Part shown: piece after piece, positions 16,578 through 24,990 of the stretch
Position numbering within the stretch: the stretch's first letter is position 1
Layout: every line of letters begins with the position of its first letter
Assembly: GCA_900321775.1 (NCBI GenBank)
Contig: ONXE01000001.1
Coordinates: forward strand, 1 to 36,205
DNA: 36,205 bases
DNA from: an uncultured Bacteroidales bacterium
Lineage (GTDB): Bacteria; Bacteroidota; Bacteroidia; Bacteroidales; Paludibacteraceae
Direction of reading: 5' to 3'
The notes under the pieces: generated by a model
Databases searched by the model: none
Told to the model about the DNA's origin: nothing
What the model saw: the letters and a program-made list of their open reading frames with translations, nothing else
Program-made: the position numbers and the translations under genes

Positions 16578-19500
16578 CTATTTCACTTTCAGTCCGTCAC
16601 GTATCATTTTCTTGATGTCTTCCTTAATCTCACCCAGCGACTGAGCGCTGCTGCCCGTGTTCGTTGCTATCTGGCGCAGGTGGTCCTGCACCGAACTCAT
16701 ACGGCTGGCTACGTCCTCCAGCCTGTCGTCCATGCTCGCCCAGTGCATCTGTCCGCTTACGAACAGCCCCTCCAGTTTGCCTGCCTGATCCTGGCTCATC
16801 GTCGTGAAGGCTCCGGCCTTGCCGCTCTGCTGAACGGTGTCATTACCAACAATGTCGATACCTGCACCCTCCATAGCCATCTCCATTACCTGTGCAGCGT
16901 TTTGCAGGACTGGCAACTGGGCTTCAATAGCAGCGGAGGCTTGCTTGGCGAACTCAGCAACAGCGGCCATATAGGCAGTCTCGTCAATCTGACCTGTCGA
17001 GTAGGCGATGGTCAAATCTTCAAGCTGCTCTTGGAACGGTTCGAAGATATTCTTCGTTATCATGGCTTTCAGAGCGTCCTGCGCTATGTTTTTGAACGTA
17101 TCAGCGGCATACTCTCTGAACTTATCCATGACATCTTCACCATTGGAAAGCCAATCCCACAAAGCATCCGTGAGATTATCAACGAGGGGGGAGAATGCTT
17201 CGGACACATATTCATGCACCTCGTCGATAAATTCCCGTATCTTTTCGCTGTATTCAAGCAGTTGTTCAAGAGTCTCACGCGTCTCGCCAACCAAAGTCGG
17301 ACCTTTTTCCAAGATTTTCTTTGCCACCTCTGGGTCGATGAGTTGCACACCTTTGACTTCCTCGAACAAGTCTTGTCCCCAATTCTCTTTCACCCACGAC
17401 TGCAAGTCTTGCGTCTTTTCTGATCGGAAGAATGTTTTATGCCTTGTCTGCACACGCATGTTGTTGATGGCGGCAGTCTGACCTTCCTTATAGGTCAGAC
17501 CGTCAATACCGGCTCTGACAGCATTACCCAATGCGGCTCCGACGCCTGAGAAGATGGCTGTGCCGATGGCGGCCACAACGGTCGCACCAAGGGCGGCACC
17601 GATGGCCGTTCCTCCAATCGCAGAACCGATGGCTGCACCAAGGGCTGCTCCTGGACCTGCCCCTGCACCGAATGTCAGGATACCTGCAACTATACCTATA
17701 ATCGCTCCCAAGATGGCTGGCGCCCATTTTGAGAAACCGCTACTGGCATTCCTATAGATTTCTTGCGGCATCGCAGCTACCTCACCATAAGCCTTTGCGT
17801 ATTGTGCGTTCAGTTCTGCGTTCTTCTTTAGTTGAGTCAATCCGTTCTCGTAGAACCATGACTCGCTGGTGAGTCGCTGTTCCAACTGCTCAATCTCCAA
17901 CTCAATCATACGCATTCGCTTCTCGTTAAGCTCACGTTGCTTGGCAGCATAGTGCTCGTACAGCGACTCCGCATCCGGCAGCAGTTTGTCGAGTGCCAGG
18001 TTCATATCAACCATTGCGGACACAGTACCTGCCACGGCTGAGAACTGCCCAAGCGCCTTCTCGAAGCCTGTTGCATTGACGTTGATATTCTTGATGTTCT
18101 CAAAGGCACCACCAACAGAGCCAAGTATATTGCCGAGGGCACCAAGAGAGTCACCAAGTTTCCCGCCGACCATCTCACCGAGTTGGTTCAATGTGTCAGC
18201 AAACTGATTAAGTCTTTTCGCACAATCCGTTGATGCTTTAATCAGCTTGGTATAAGCCTTCGACTCTTTGTCTTTGGCTGCGGCGAGCAGTCGGCTTGCC
18301 TCTGCTTCCGTATAGGTGCTGCCTGTTGAAGCATTGATAACGGTATGGCCTCCCTTTACTTTGTCATAGATGTCCTGCGCATCTTTAACTTCTTTCTGAG
18401 CGTCTGCAAGGTCTTTCAATGCCTTAGTCAGAGCCTCAAATGGGTTTCGGTTATCAAGTTCATCATACATCTGCTGAAGAGTCTCTGTGTACTCCCTCAG
18501 TTGATAGGGGTCAAGGCTCTTGGCTGCTGCTTCCTTGGCATCCTCGAACTTCTTTATGAGTGACTGCAATGTTTGGGTTGAGGTATTGCCCAAATTCTCA
18601 AACGCGCGAATGTACTCTTGCGAGTTGCGCAAGTTGGTCAGTCTCTTATTGCTCAATTCCTCCTGTAGCTTCCGTTCAAGGAGCAACGCTTTTCCCTCGT
18701 CACCATTGGCACGCGCTTCTGCAATCTGATCCCGATAGTCCTCCGTGATAGCCAACTCTTGTTGTAATTCATCGCCATATTCCTTCAGGTACTGGCGCAT
18801 CGACTGTAGTTGTGCCTTACGGCGTACTCTTTCCCGTTCCGCTTCCTCATCTGCTATTTCAGCCTCTCCTGCGGCAAGTTTTGATTTTGCCAAGGTACGG
18901 GCAGCATCTAATGCGTCCTTTTGGTCCTTAGTCAGTTCTCCCTTCTGCGCATCGCGCCATTCCTTTTCAAGAGCAGCAAGTTCCGCTATCTCTTTGTCAT
19001 AGTCCAGACGCAACTGGGCACGTTTTTTTTCCGCCCCCTCCGCCATCAGGTCTATCTCAGCTTGACGGTTCTTTGCCTGTAGTTCTGTAAGTGCCTCGGC
19101 ACGGTCTTCCTCTTCTTTAAGGTCATTGCCGCCACCATTGCCGCCACCACCATTTCTTCCAGAACCTCCAGAGCCTCCGGAATCGCCGCCACCATTGTAA
19201 CGGAGATGAGCTGGTATTTTTGATTTGGCTTCAGCAGCCTTCTGTTCTGCCTGTTCCCATTTGTCTGCGTAGAAATCCACTGTTTCGTTAAGACCAGCCT
19301 GGAGTTGCCTGTTCGTTTCTCTGGCTTGTTCTCTACGATAGGCATTCACCTTATCCACGCCCGATTTAGTTAAGCCAAGGTTCTGTGTGTAGGATATTCC
19401 GGCACTGGGGGAATACATTGTACTGTAGTTGATGTCCCCAGCCGTCAGTCCTGCAGCCCTATATTCATCATCAGAAATCTTCTCACCTTGTTTGGCTGTC

Positions 19501-21002
19501 GTATAGTAATCTCCAGTCGCACGGCTTTTCACACGGTGCTCCCACTTTTCCGCACGTTCCTTGATAGCCTGTTTATAGAGATCACTATACGCCTCAGCCT
19601 CTGCTACGGCTTTTAATGCAGCTATGACTTGCGGAGCCATATTCACCAACACTTGTTCCGCATCGGTCACGGAGTTTACATTCAATCCTAACTCATGAAA
19701 CTTGTTGGCGTTTTCCTTGATCCACTTGTTCTTCTCGCTCTCTGTCTTCAAGCGGCTCCATTGCTGTTGCAGGGAACGATATTTAGCCTCCACGTTACCT
19801 GCCGCCTGACCAAGGGCACGGGACATGTCTTCCTGTTGCTTCCTCAGACGCTCACTTTCCTCTCGCTGACGTTTCTCGGCTGCTGTTGCTTCTTTAGAGC
19901 CTACCGTGAAGGCCACCAACGCGCCTACCACAGTCAGGATGGCTGTCGCCAAGAGTACATAAGGATTTGCTTTAGCCACAAGATTGAAAGCAGCCTGCGC
20001 TATGGTGGCAGCCTTGGTCACAATTATACCTCTTCCTTCGGCTGCTGTTCGTATAGAGATTGCTGCCGCATGTGCTTTCTCCTGAACGGTACGGATTCCC
20101 ATCATAAGGGAACTCTCTTTCTGGAGGTTGTTCTGAATAACAGTCAGGGCATTGCTGATGGCGAGTGTTGCCTGGAGTTTAGTTTGAATGTTTATCAAAT
20201 CTTCCTGGCTTGCACCGAACATCTGGAAAACACTCACAGCGGCACCTGCAGAGGATGTAACGACATTCAAGCCTTGCGCAATACCATCCAAGTGCTTTGT
20301 GTCGGAAGCCTCTCCACGAATTTGGGTGTTGGCATCGTCCATCGCATCACGCAACTCTCCGGCTTTCTTTATCAGGTCCTCCAACTTACGCTTCAGTTCC
20401 ATACCAGCAGCGGAGTTTCTCTCCGCATCAGTCATTCGGCGATATTCAACGGTGGTACTGGCAATCTCATTGGTCAGCAGTCTAAGTTGCGCTCTCATAC
20501 TCTCGGTCTGCTGATCTGGAACTGTAGAGGAGGCATTCTTGACGATAGTGGGTATCAGTTCTGCATTTTTCTGTATAGCATCAAGTGCTTCGTTCATCCA
20601 GGTCTCCACCTGTTCCATTTCTTGCTTGGTCGTTTCAGCCAATGCAGTATTTCCACTCTCCAGGGCAGAGCGCAGTGTATCTTCCATAGAACGGAGCCGT
20701 CCGGCTTGTGCCTCGACAAACTTCACGTTCTGCTCGCTCGACTTCATCAGCACACCGGCTGTCTCTTTTTCAGACACACCCATAGCCTTCAGGGAGGCGG
20801 ACATCTTTTCCACCCCTTGACGCAAACCGACAAGTTTGCTGTTGTATTTGTCTGAAGCCCTTGCTCCTTCCTCACCGCTTTGGCTCAGAACTTCGCCTAA
20901 ACGACGAGAGGCATCAAGCAACTGCTCGATACCTGCACGGCTCTTATCTACTCCTTTCGACAAGCCGTCCTTCATCAGGAACTCTATCTCTACTGGTTTC
21001 AT
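16578..21002 (-). CDS. Tail tape measure protein
   Basis: 1474 aa with long coiled-coil-type sequence. It has a Gly run (NGGGDSGGSGGSGRNGGGGNGGGN) and Gly/Ala-zipper hydrophobic segments (ILGAIIGIVAGILTFGAGAGPGAALGAAIGSAIGG...). It follows the frameshifted chaperone pair. Confidence 0.9.
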   Translation of the reverse strand: MKPVEIEFLMKDGLSKGVDKSRAGIEQLLDASRRLGEVLSQSGEEGARASDKYNSKLVGLRQGVEKMSASLKAMGVSEKETAGVLMKSSEQNVKFVEAQAGRLRSMEDTLRSALESGNTALAETTKQEMEQVETWMNEALDAIQKNAELIPTIVKNASSTVPDQQTESMRAQLRLLTNEIASTTVEYRRMTDAERNSAAGMELKRKLEDLIKKAGELRDAMDDANTQIRGEASDTKHLDGIAQGLNVVTSSAGAAVSVFQMFGASQEDLINIQTKLQATLAISNALTVIQNNLQKESSLMMGIRTVQEKAHAAAISIRTAAEGRGIIVTKAATIAQAAFNLVAKANPYVLLATAILTVVGALVAFTVGSKEATAAEKRQREESERLRKQQEDMSRALGQAAGNVEAKYRSLQQQWSRLKTESEKNKWIKENANKFHELGLNVNSVTDAEQVLVNMAPQVIAALKAVAEAEAYSDLYKQAIKERAEKWEHRVKSRATGDYYTTAKQGEKISDDEYRAAGLTAGDINYSTMYSPSAGISYTQNLGLTKSGVDKVNAYRREQARETNRQLQAGLNETVDFYADKWEQAEQKAAEAKSKIPAHLRYNGGGDSGGSGGSGRNGGGGNGGGNDLKEEEDRAEALTELQAKNRQAEIDLMAEGAEKKRAQLRLDYDKEIAELAALEKEWRDAQKGELTKDQKDALDAARTLAKSKLAAGEAEIADEEAERERVRRKAQLQSMRQYLKEYGDELQQELAITEDYRDQIAEARANGDEGKALLLERKLQEELSNKRLTNLRNSQEYIRAFENLGNTSTQTLQSLIKKFEDAKEAAAKSLDPYQLREYTETLQQMYDELDNRNPFEALTKALKDLADAQKEVKDAQDIYDKVKGGHTVINASTGSTYTEAEASRLLAAAKDKESKAYTKLIKASTDCAKRLNQFADTLNQLGEMVGGKLGDSLGALGNILGSVGGAFENIKNINVNATGFEKALGQFSAVAGTVSAMVDMNLALDKLLPDAESLYEHYAAKQRELNEKRMRMIELEIEQLEQRLTSESWFYENGLTQLKKNAELNAQYAKAYGEVAAMPQEIYRNASSGFSKWAPAILGAIIGIVAGILTFGAGAGPGAALGAAIGSAIGGTAIGAALGATVVAAIGTAIFSGVGAALGNAVRAGIDGLTYKEGQTAAINNMRVQTRHKTFFRSEKTQDLQSWVKENWGQDLFEEVKGVQLIDPEVAKKILEKGPTLVGETRETLEQLLEYSEKIREFIDEVHEYVSEAFSPLVDNLTDALWDWLSNGEDVMDKFREYAADTFKNIAQDALKAMITKNIFEPFQEQLEDLTIAYSTGQIDETAYMAAVAEFAKQASAAIEAQLPVLQNAAQVMEMAMEGAGIDIVGNDTVQQSGKAGAFTTMSQDQAGKLEGLFVSGQMHWASMDDRLEDVASRMSSVQDHLRQIATNTGSSAQSLGEIKEDIKKMIRDGLKVK

Positions 21003-21041
21003 GCTTCTTGTTTTGTTTGTTGCGATGGCATCGCAACCTCG

Positions 21042-21748
21042 TTACTTCAACTGGCTTTGGTAAAAGCCGACAATACCTGCAGCTTCGTCCTCGGCACTCT
21101 GGTTCTCTTTCTTTTTCTTCACATCCACATAGCGCGGTGCGTCGGCAATCATCATAATCAGCGTCTGGTAGTTTACACCATTCAGAATGTAGTCAACACT
21201 CCAGCCTGTAGCATTCGCTATCGACCATATAAATCCGAAGGGGCTATGGGAGCCTTCCCAACGGCTCTTTAACTCCCCTTCCTTCCCTGGCTCAGTCTCA
21301 GCTTCATCGGATTCGCCATCTCTGCTGATCTGATAATAGGCATAAAAGGGCTTGTGCCCATCAGGGTCACGAACTTCTCAAACGCCGCTTTCTGGTACTC
21401 CCACTTCATGCGGTGGCGGATAAACCACGACAATACGCACGTCGGCAGCCACCAGTGGGGCATCGTCAGGGCTATCATGCGGCTCAACTTCTTGCCGTGC
21501 TTCGCCAGGAACGCCATCTGACCGTCATAGTCCAATGCTTCGAACTCAGCCAACGTCATGCCTACACTCAGCCACGTCCGCGCTATCTGTATCTGTCGGG
21601 CCATCGTCGGGCGCTTCATTGTAAGCCTCAGGTGCAGCGGTTCCTTCCGGAACGGCACCTTAAAATCCTTGAGAGGGAGGGAAACGCCCACGTTCAGCAA
21701 GGCTTCCGCTCCCTCTCTCTGGATCTCTTGGATGATATGCGCGTCCAT
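21042..21748 (-). CDS. Tail assembly chaperone, -1 frameshift-extended (GT-like) form, 235 aa predicted
   Basis: The -1 frame is open from the heptamer at 21350-21344 to TAA at 21044-21042 (100 further codons: YAYYQISRDGESDEAETEPGKEGELKSRWEGSHSPFGFIWSIANATGW...GFYQSQLK). This stretch has no ATG-initiated ORF that could explain it otherwise. Confidence 0.65.
21269..21748 (-). CDS. Tail assembly chaperone, short (G-like) form
   Basis: 159-aa ORF between the major tail gene and the tape measure gene. It contains the slippery heptamer at codons 134-135. Confidence 0.7.
   Translation of the reverse strand: MDAHIIQEIQREGAEALLNVGVSLPLKDFKVPFRKEPLHLRLTMKRPTMARQIQIARTWLSVGMTLAEFEALDYDGQMAFLAKHGKKLSRMIALTMPHWWLPTCVLSWFIRHRMKWEYQKAAFEKFVTLMGTSPFMPIIRSAEMANPMKLRLSQGRKGS
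21344..21350 (-). promoter_or_regulatory. Programmed -1 ribosomal frameshift slippery heptamer C_CCU_UUU
   Basis: Plus strand aaaaggg equals minus CCCTTTT, phased as agC CCT TTT in the zero frame (X_XXY_YYZ). Confidence 0.65.
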
Positions 21749-22248
21749 CAGCCTTCAGCAGGGGTGTTGTTGATTTCGTATGGAGCACCACCAGCGGCGG
21801 GCTTGTTCACCTTCAACTGGCACTCTACCTTCGACACCTCGGTCAAGGTCAACTTGCCGCCAAGGTTCGCCAGGATAGTACCGTTCGGGATGGTCATCGT
21901 CTGACCGCTCACGAAGTCAATGGTCCACTGGCCGCTCTTCTCCACAAGGCTCGTCGGGGCTTTCCATCCAGTAACGGTGGCATTTTGCCCCTCACCAGTA
22001 GTTACCAACTCGCCGCCAAGCACGTTGTGCAGGTTCTCGTAGTCTAACTGGATGAGGTTGAACGTCGGGCTGATCTGACCGTTCTTCTGAACCAAGGTCA
22101 GTACCGGGGCATCAGGCACCTGCTCGGCTTCCACGTCGGTGGTTTCTGGCTTCGTGCCGCCCCAGTCCCAACTGCCTTTCTCAATGTAACCGATTACTGC
22201 GGTTCCAAACTTTACGGCTGCTATGCCGTAGATAAAATTCTTGTTCAT
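21748..22248 (-). CDS. Major tail (tube) protein candidate
   Basis: Start taken at MNKNFIYGIAAVKFG (ATGA overlap with the upstream stop). 166 aa, directly upstream of the chaperone pair and TMP (TGATG overlap). Confidence 0.6.
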   Translation of the reverse strand: MNKNFIYGIAAVKFGTAVIGYIEKGSWDWGGTKPETTDVEAEQVPDAPVLTLVQKNGQISPTFNLIQLDYENLHNVLGGELVTTGEGQNATVTGWKAPTSLVEKSGQWTIDFVSGQTMTIPNGTILANLGGKLTLTEVSKVECQLKVNKPAAGGAPYEINNTPAEG

Positions 22249-22823
22249 TTTTTCAGTTTTATAAAGATGATGATTGTTGCTAATATACCGGACAATAGTC
22301 CGTAAAAATACCATTTCAATGCCGTTCCAATAGCATTAGGGGGCTTTTCCTTCACCTCCTCCAGTTCATGCGACGTGGCTGCCAAGCGGTTTTGCATCTC
22401 GTTCAGGCGCTCATCGTACTGGCTGTGAAGGTTCCGTATCTGGCGCTCGTAACGCTCGCACTGCAGCTGCAGACTGTCGCACGAGGCATACACATAGATG
22501 TACTCGGGCTCGGTGGCAGTAGCTGCCTTGCGTGATACCTTCACGCTCGCCTGACCGCTGCGCTCTGAATAGCTTGCTCCGGCAGGGAGGCTACGGAGGC
22601 TGTCCGTCGCTATCGTCAACGTCACCGCCGACATCGGCACCTTCACTGGCTCCGTCCGGATTTCTACCAGTTCGCTTACGCTGTCTATAGCCAGGCGAAT
22701 CACGCTGTCCGTGCGGATGGTTTCCGACAACTGCTCTTCCTTTGCCTTCGTCACGCTCTTTCGATGTGCGGCGCATCCTGTCAAGAACAGGACACTCAGC
22801 ACTATAGCGGCAACTGTTGGCAT
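22245..22823 (-). CDS. Lipoprotein with C-terminal transmembrane helix (unimolecular-spanin-like topology)
   Basis: Start at MPTVAAIVLSVLFLTGC (lipobox LTG|C). Central coiled-coil-like region (LQLQCERYERQIRNLHSQYDERLNEMQNRL). C-terminal TM segment WYFYGLLSGILATIIIFIKLKK. Lies in the lysis cluster. Confidence 0.6.
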   Translation of the reverse strand: MPTVAAIVLSVLFLTGCAAHRKSVTKAKEEQLSETIRTDSVIRLAIDSVSELVEIRTEPVKVPMSAVTLTIATDSLRSLPAGASYSERSGQASVKVSRKAATATEPEYIYVYASCDSLQLQCERYERQIRNLHSQYDERLNEMQNRLAATSHELEEVKEKPPNAIGTALKWYFYGLLSGILATIIIFIKLKK

Positions 22824-23106
22824 CGTCAATAGCTTTCCTGAGCCGGGCCATCTCGCGTTTCGTCGAGCCAAGGTCTTTCCGTGTCTCATTCAACTCTTGT
22901 TTTAAGGGTTCTACAATGTTCTCAACCAATATACGGGTGGCTTGCTCAGTGTTTGTTATCTTCACCGTGTCGCTTTCGGCCAGAGCCTTCTCTGCCTCCG
23001 CACGCGCCTTCTTCAAGGCACTCCGGATGGTCACGATGGAGATAATGGCACCGACCAGGCTACCGCCTAATATCACGTTGAGGATTTGACTGAGGTCCAT
23101 TTCCAT
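22591..23106 (-). CDS. N-terminal single-TM, coiled-coil protein (holin or i-spanin candidate); 3' ~230 nt overlaps the lipoprotein gene out of frame and may not be genuinely coding
   Basis: MEMDLSQILNVILGGSLVGAIISIVTI is a TM helix, followed by a charged helical region. After about residue 95 the translation turns Arg/Gly-rich (RRTSKERDEGKGRAVVGNHPHGQRD...), typical of off-frame reading. Confidence 0.45.
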   Translation of the reverse strand: MEMDLSQILNVILGGSLVGAIISIVTIRSALKKARAEAEKALAESDTVKITNTEQATRILVENIVEPLKQELNETRKDLGSTKREMARLRKAIDDANSCRYSAECPVLDRMRRTSKERDEGKGRAVVGNHPHGQRDSPGYRQRKRTGRNPDGASEGADVGGDVDDSDGQPP

Positions 23107-23113
23107 ATATCAA

Positions 23114-23581
23114 CTATTGATTGATTCCTATTTCTTTGAGCCACTTTTGAACGTCGAAACTCGGACAGGCCTTGTTAGCGACCTCCCTGTGGCCGATGAT
23201 CTTCACTTTCGGGAAACGTTTGTGGAAGTCCAGCACATAGGCTTTCAATGCCGCTTTCTGTGCCGCAGTCCGGGTGTCTTTCGGAGTCTGACCGTCAACG
23301 GCCAGACCTCCGACATACACCACGTGGCGGCTGATGGCATTGTAGCCCACTGCTCCGTTGGTGATTTCCCAAGGGTCCACTAAGGCATCCTCGTTGTTCT
23401 TCACCAGACGCTCCACCTTGCCGTCCAAGTGTATCATATCTGTGTAACCCACCTGCTTCCAGCCACGACCACCCTTCGACACAGGGTCTGTGTGCCAGTG
23501 GCGAATTTCACTGCTTTTCACCTCACGGCCTTCGCGCGTGGCTGTGCAGTGGATTACAAGATATTGCAGGGGCTTACTCAT
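23114..23581 (-). CDS. N-acetylmuramoyl-L-alanine amidase endolysin (Amidase_2/PGRP fold)
   Basis: LVIHCTAT...GW.QVGYTDMIH.DG...ISRHVVYVGG...IIGHREVANKACPSFDV is the characteristic amidase_2 pattern, with the His/His/Cys zinc-ligand pattern typical of this family. Confidence 0.85.
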   Translation of the reverse strand: MSKPLQYLVIHCTATREGREVKSSEIRHWHTDPVSKGGRGWKQVGYTDMIHLDGKVERLVKNNEDALVDPWEITNGAVGYNAISRHVVYVGGLAVDGQTPKDTRTAAQKAALKAYVLDFHKRFPKVKIIGHREVANKACPSFDVQKWLKEIGINQ

Positions 23582-23850
23582 TGCTTCTCGCTTTTAGGCT
23601 TCTCACCTTCCGCAGGGGTCTCTGGTGATTCCTCCGCAGGGGTCTCTGGTGATCCCTCCGCAGGAGCCTCAGGGGTTTCCTCGCCAAGGGTCACGGCGGC
23701 ATCCTTCTTGCCCTTATACTCGGCGCACAGACCACGCTTAACGAGGTCGGCAGCACGTTCCTTGTCCTTCACTTCCAGAATGGTCTCTGGCTCATAGACC
23801 GTCACATGGTCGGTCTTGTCACGAAATACGTTCTTTACAATCAGTTTCAT
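23578..23850 (-). CDS. Small protein with acidic Pro-rich tandem-repeat tail (possible head-associated protein)
   Basis: 90 aa. The C-terminus is TPEAPAEGSPETPAEESPETPAEGEKPKSEKQ, encoded by 3 x 24-bp tandem repeats. Confidence 0.5.
   Translation of the reverse strand: MKLIVKNVFRDKTDHVTVYEPETILEVKDKERAADLVKRGLCAEYKGKKDAAVTLGEETPEAPAEGSPETPAEESPETPAEGEKPKSEKQ
23610..23681. repeat. 3 x 24-bp in-frame tandem repeat
   Basis: ccgcaggggtctctggtgattcct / ccgcaggggtctctggtgatccct / ccgcaggagcctcaggggtttcct. Confidence 0.85.
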
Positions 23851-23885
23851 TTCTTTCTGTTTTTACGGTTTTAACTTGGGGTTAC

Positions 23886-24962
23886 TTATCCTTCAGGAAT
23901 AGCTGCTGCAGTAGCCTGATAGCCGCTCATGATCACGCCGCCGGCATCGGCCTTCTTAGGCAGACAAACGAAGTAGTGGCGGAAGTTGATCTTGTTGCGC
24001 TGGTACTCCGGGTCGGTGCTTGCCTCGCTGTAGTACATCTTCGTAGAACCGGTGGCCTTGAACACACGGGGAACGTAGAACGCAAAGGAGCACTGGAACT
24101 CGCCAGTCTCAGCGGTAGCACCGACGGCTTTCTTCTGACCTGCGGTGGTGTACAGCGGATTGTTGGCGAACTCGTAGATGTTGAAGCCGAACAGTTTGCC
24201 TACGGTACCGTCATTGCGGTTGATGTTGTACTGCTCCTTGAACACCTGGCTGGTCTCCAGCAGGTCGTTCACATGGTCGGTGCACAATACCAGACGGCGG
24301 TTGTCGGCAGGAACCTTCAACTTGTCAAGCGCACGCTTCAGGTTGATAATGTCCTGGACGCACAACTTCAGTCGGCCTGTGTCGGCATCACGCGCACCAG
24401 TAGTAGTCAGTACCGGGGTGGTGGCTGTATTCTTCTGCGCACACAGCGCATGGGCTGCCTTCGCAAACTTCGAGTCATTGATGGCATTACCGTGGCTCTC
24501 CTTCACGCGCGACATCTTGTCGTAACTGATGGCGTAGAGTTCGTCATCGGTCACAGGGGTCACCTTCGTCTGGAACTTGTCAAGCTGAATGGCGATGTCT
24601 GCGTCATTGAGTGCCTGCAAGGGGATAGGATAGGTCGTGTTGTTGATCAGCACGTCAGGGTCAACGCCTACCTCCACAAGGTGAATCACGTCATTGTTCA
24701 CGATACTCGAACTGTCGGGAATGCCGTCAAGCCATGTGGCTTCAAGGCCACGGCGAAGGTACTTCACCAGTTCGCCGGTCCAGATCTCGGTATAGACTCC
24801 GGCACGGAGGCTACCGGCAGGGGCGACATTGCCCACGGTGGCGGCTAACACATTCAGGCCGACGGCACCCACGGCGGGGTCAACGCCGACCACGGCAGCA
24901 AGGGTGCTGCCCATCACGCAGTTCACCAGAACCGCAGCGATCATTGCAAAAAGTCGAATCAT
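23886..24962 (-). CDS. Major capsid protein candidate
   Basis: Start taken at MIRLFAMIAAV (the ORF upstream of that overlaps the protease gene). It follows the protease/scaffold gene. 358 aa. The body (GVYTEIWTGELVKYLR...KLFGFNIYEF...) resembles phage major capsid families. The N-terminal ~50 aa are unusually hydrophobic. Confidence 0.6.
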   Translation of the reverse strand: MIRLFAMIAAVLVNCVMGSTLAAVVGVDPAVGAVGLNVLAATVGNVAPAGSLRAGVYTEIWTGELVKYLRRGLEATWLDGIPDSSSIVNNDVIHLVEVGVDPDVLINNTTYPIPLQALNDADIAIQLDKFQTKVTPVTDDELYAISYDKMSRVKESHGNAINDSKFAKAAHALCAQKNTATTPVLTTTGARDADTGRLKLCVQDIINLKRALDKLKVPADNRRLVLCTDHVNDLLETSQVFKEQYNINRNDGTVGKLFGFNIYEFANNPLYTTAGQKKAVGATAETGEFQCSFAFYVPRVFKATGSTKMYYSEASTDPEYQRNKINFRHYFVCLPKKADAGGVIMSGYQATAAAIPEG

Positions 24963-24990
24963 TTCTCTTTTCTTTTTTGTTGGTTTAACT

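Noticed and set aside
21042-21269. In-frame TAA read-through or stop-codon reassignment to explain the open stretch after the chaperone ORF
   Set aside because: Hand phasing shows the downstream open frame is the -1 frame, not the zero frame. A canonical X_XXY_YYZ heptamer lies upstream, so frameshifting explains it without recoding.
23610-23681. Tandem repeats checked as a possible CRISPR or att-type array
   Set aside because: The units are contiguous with no spacers and lie in frame inside a CDS. This is a coding tandem repeat.
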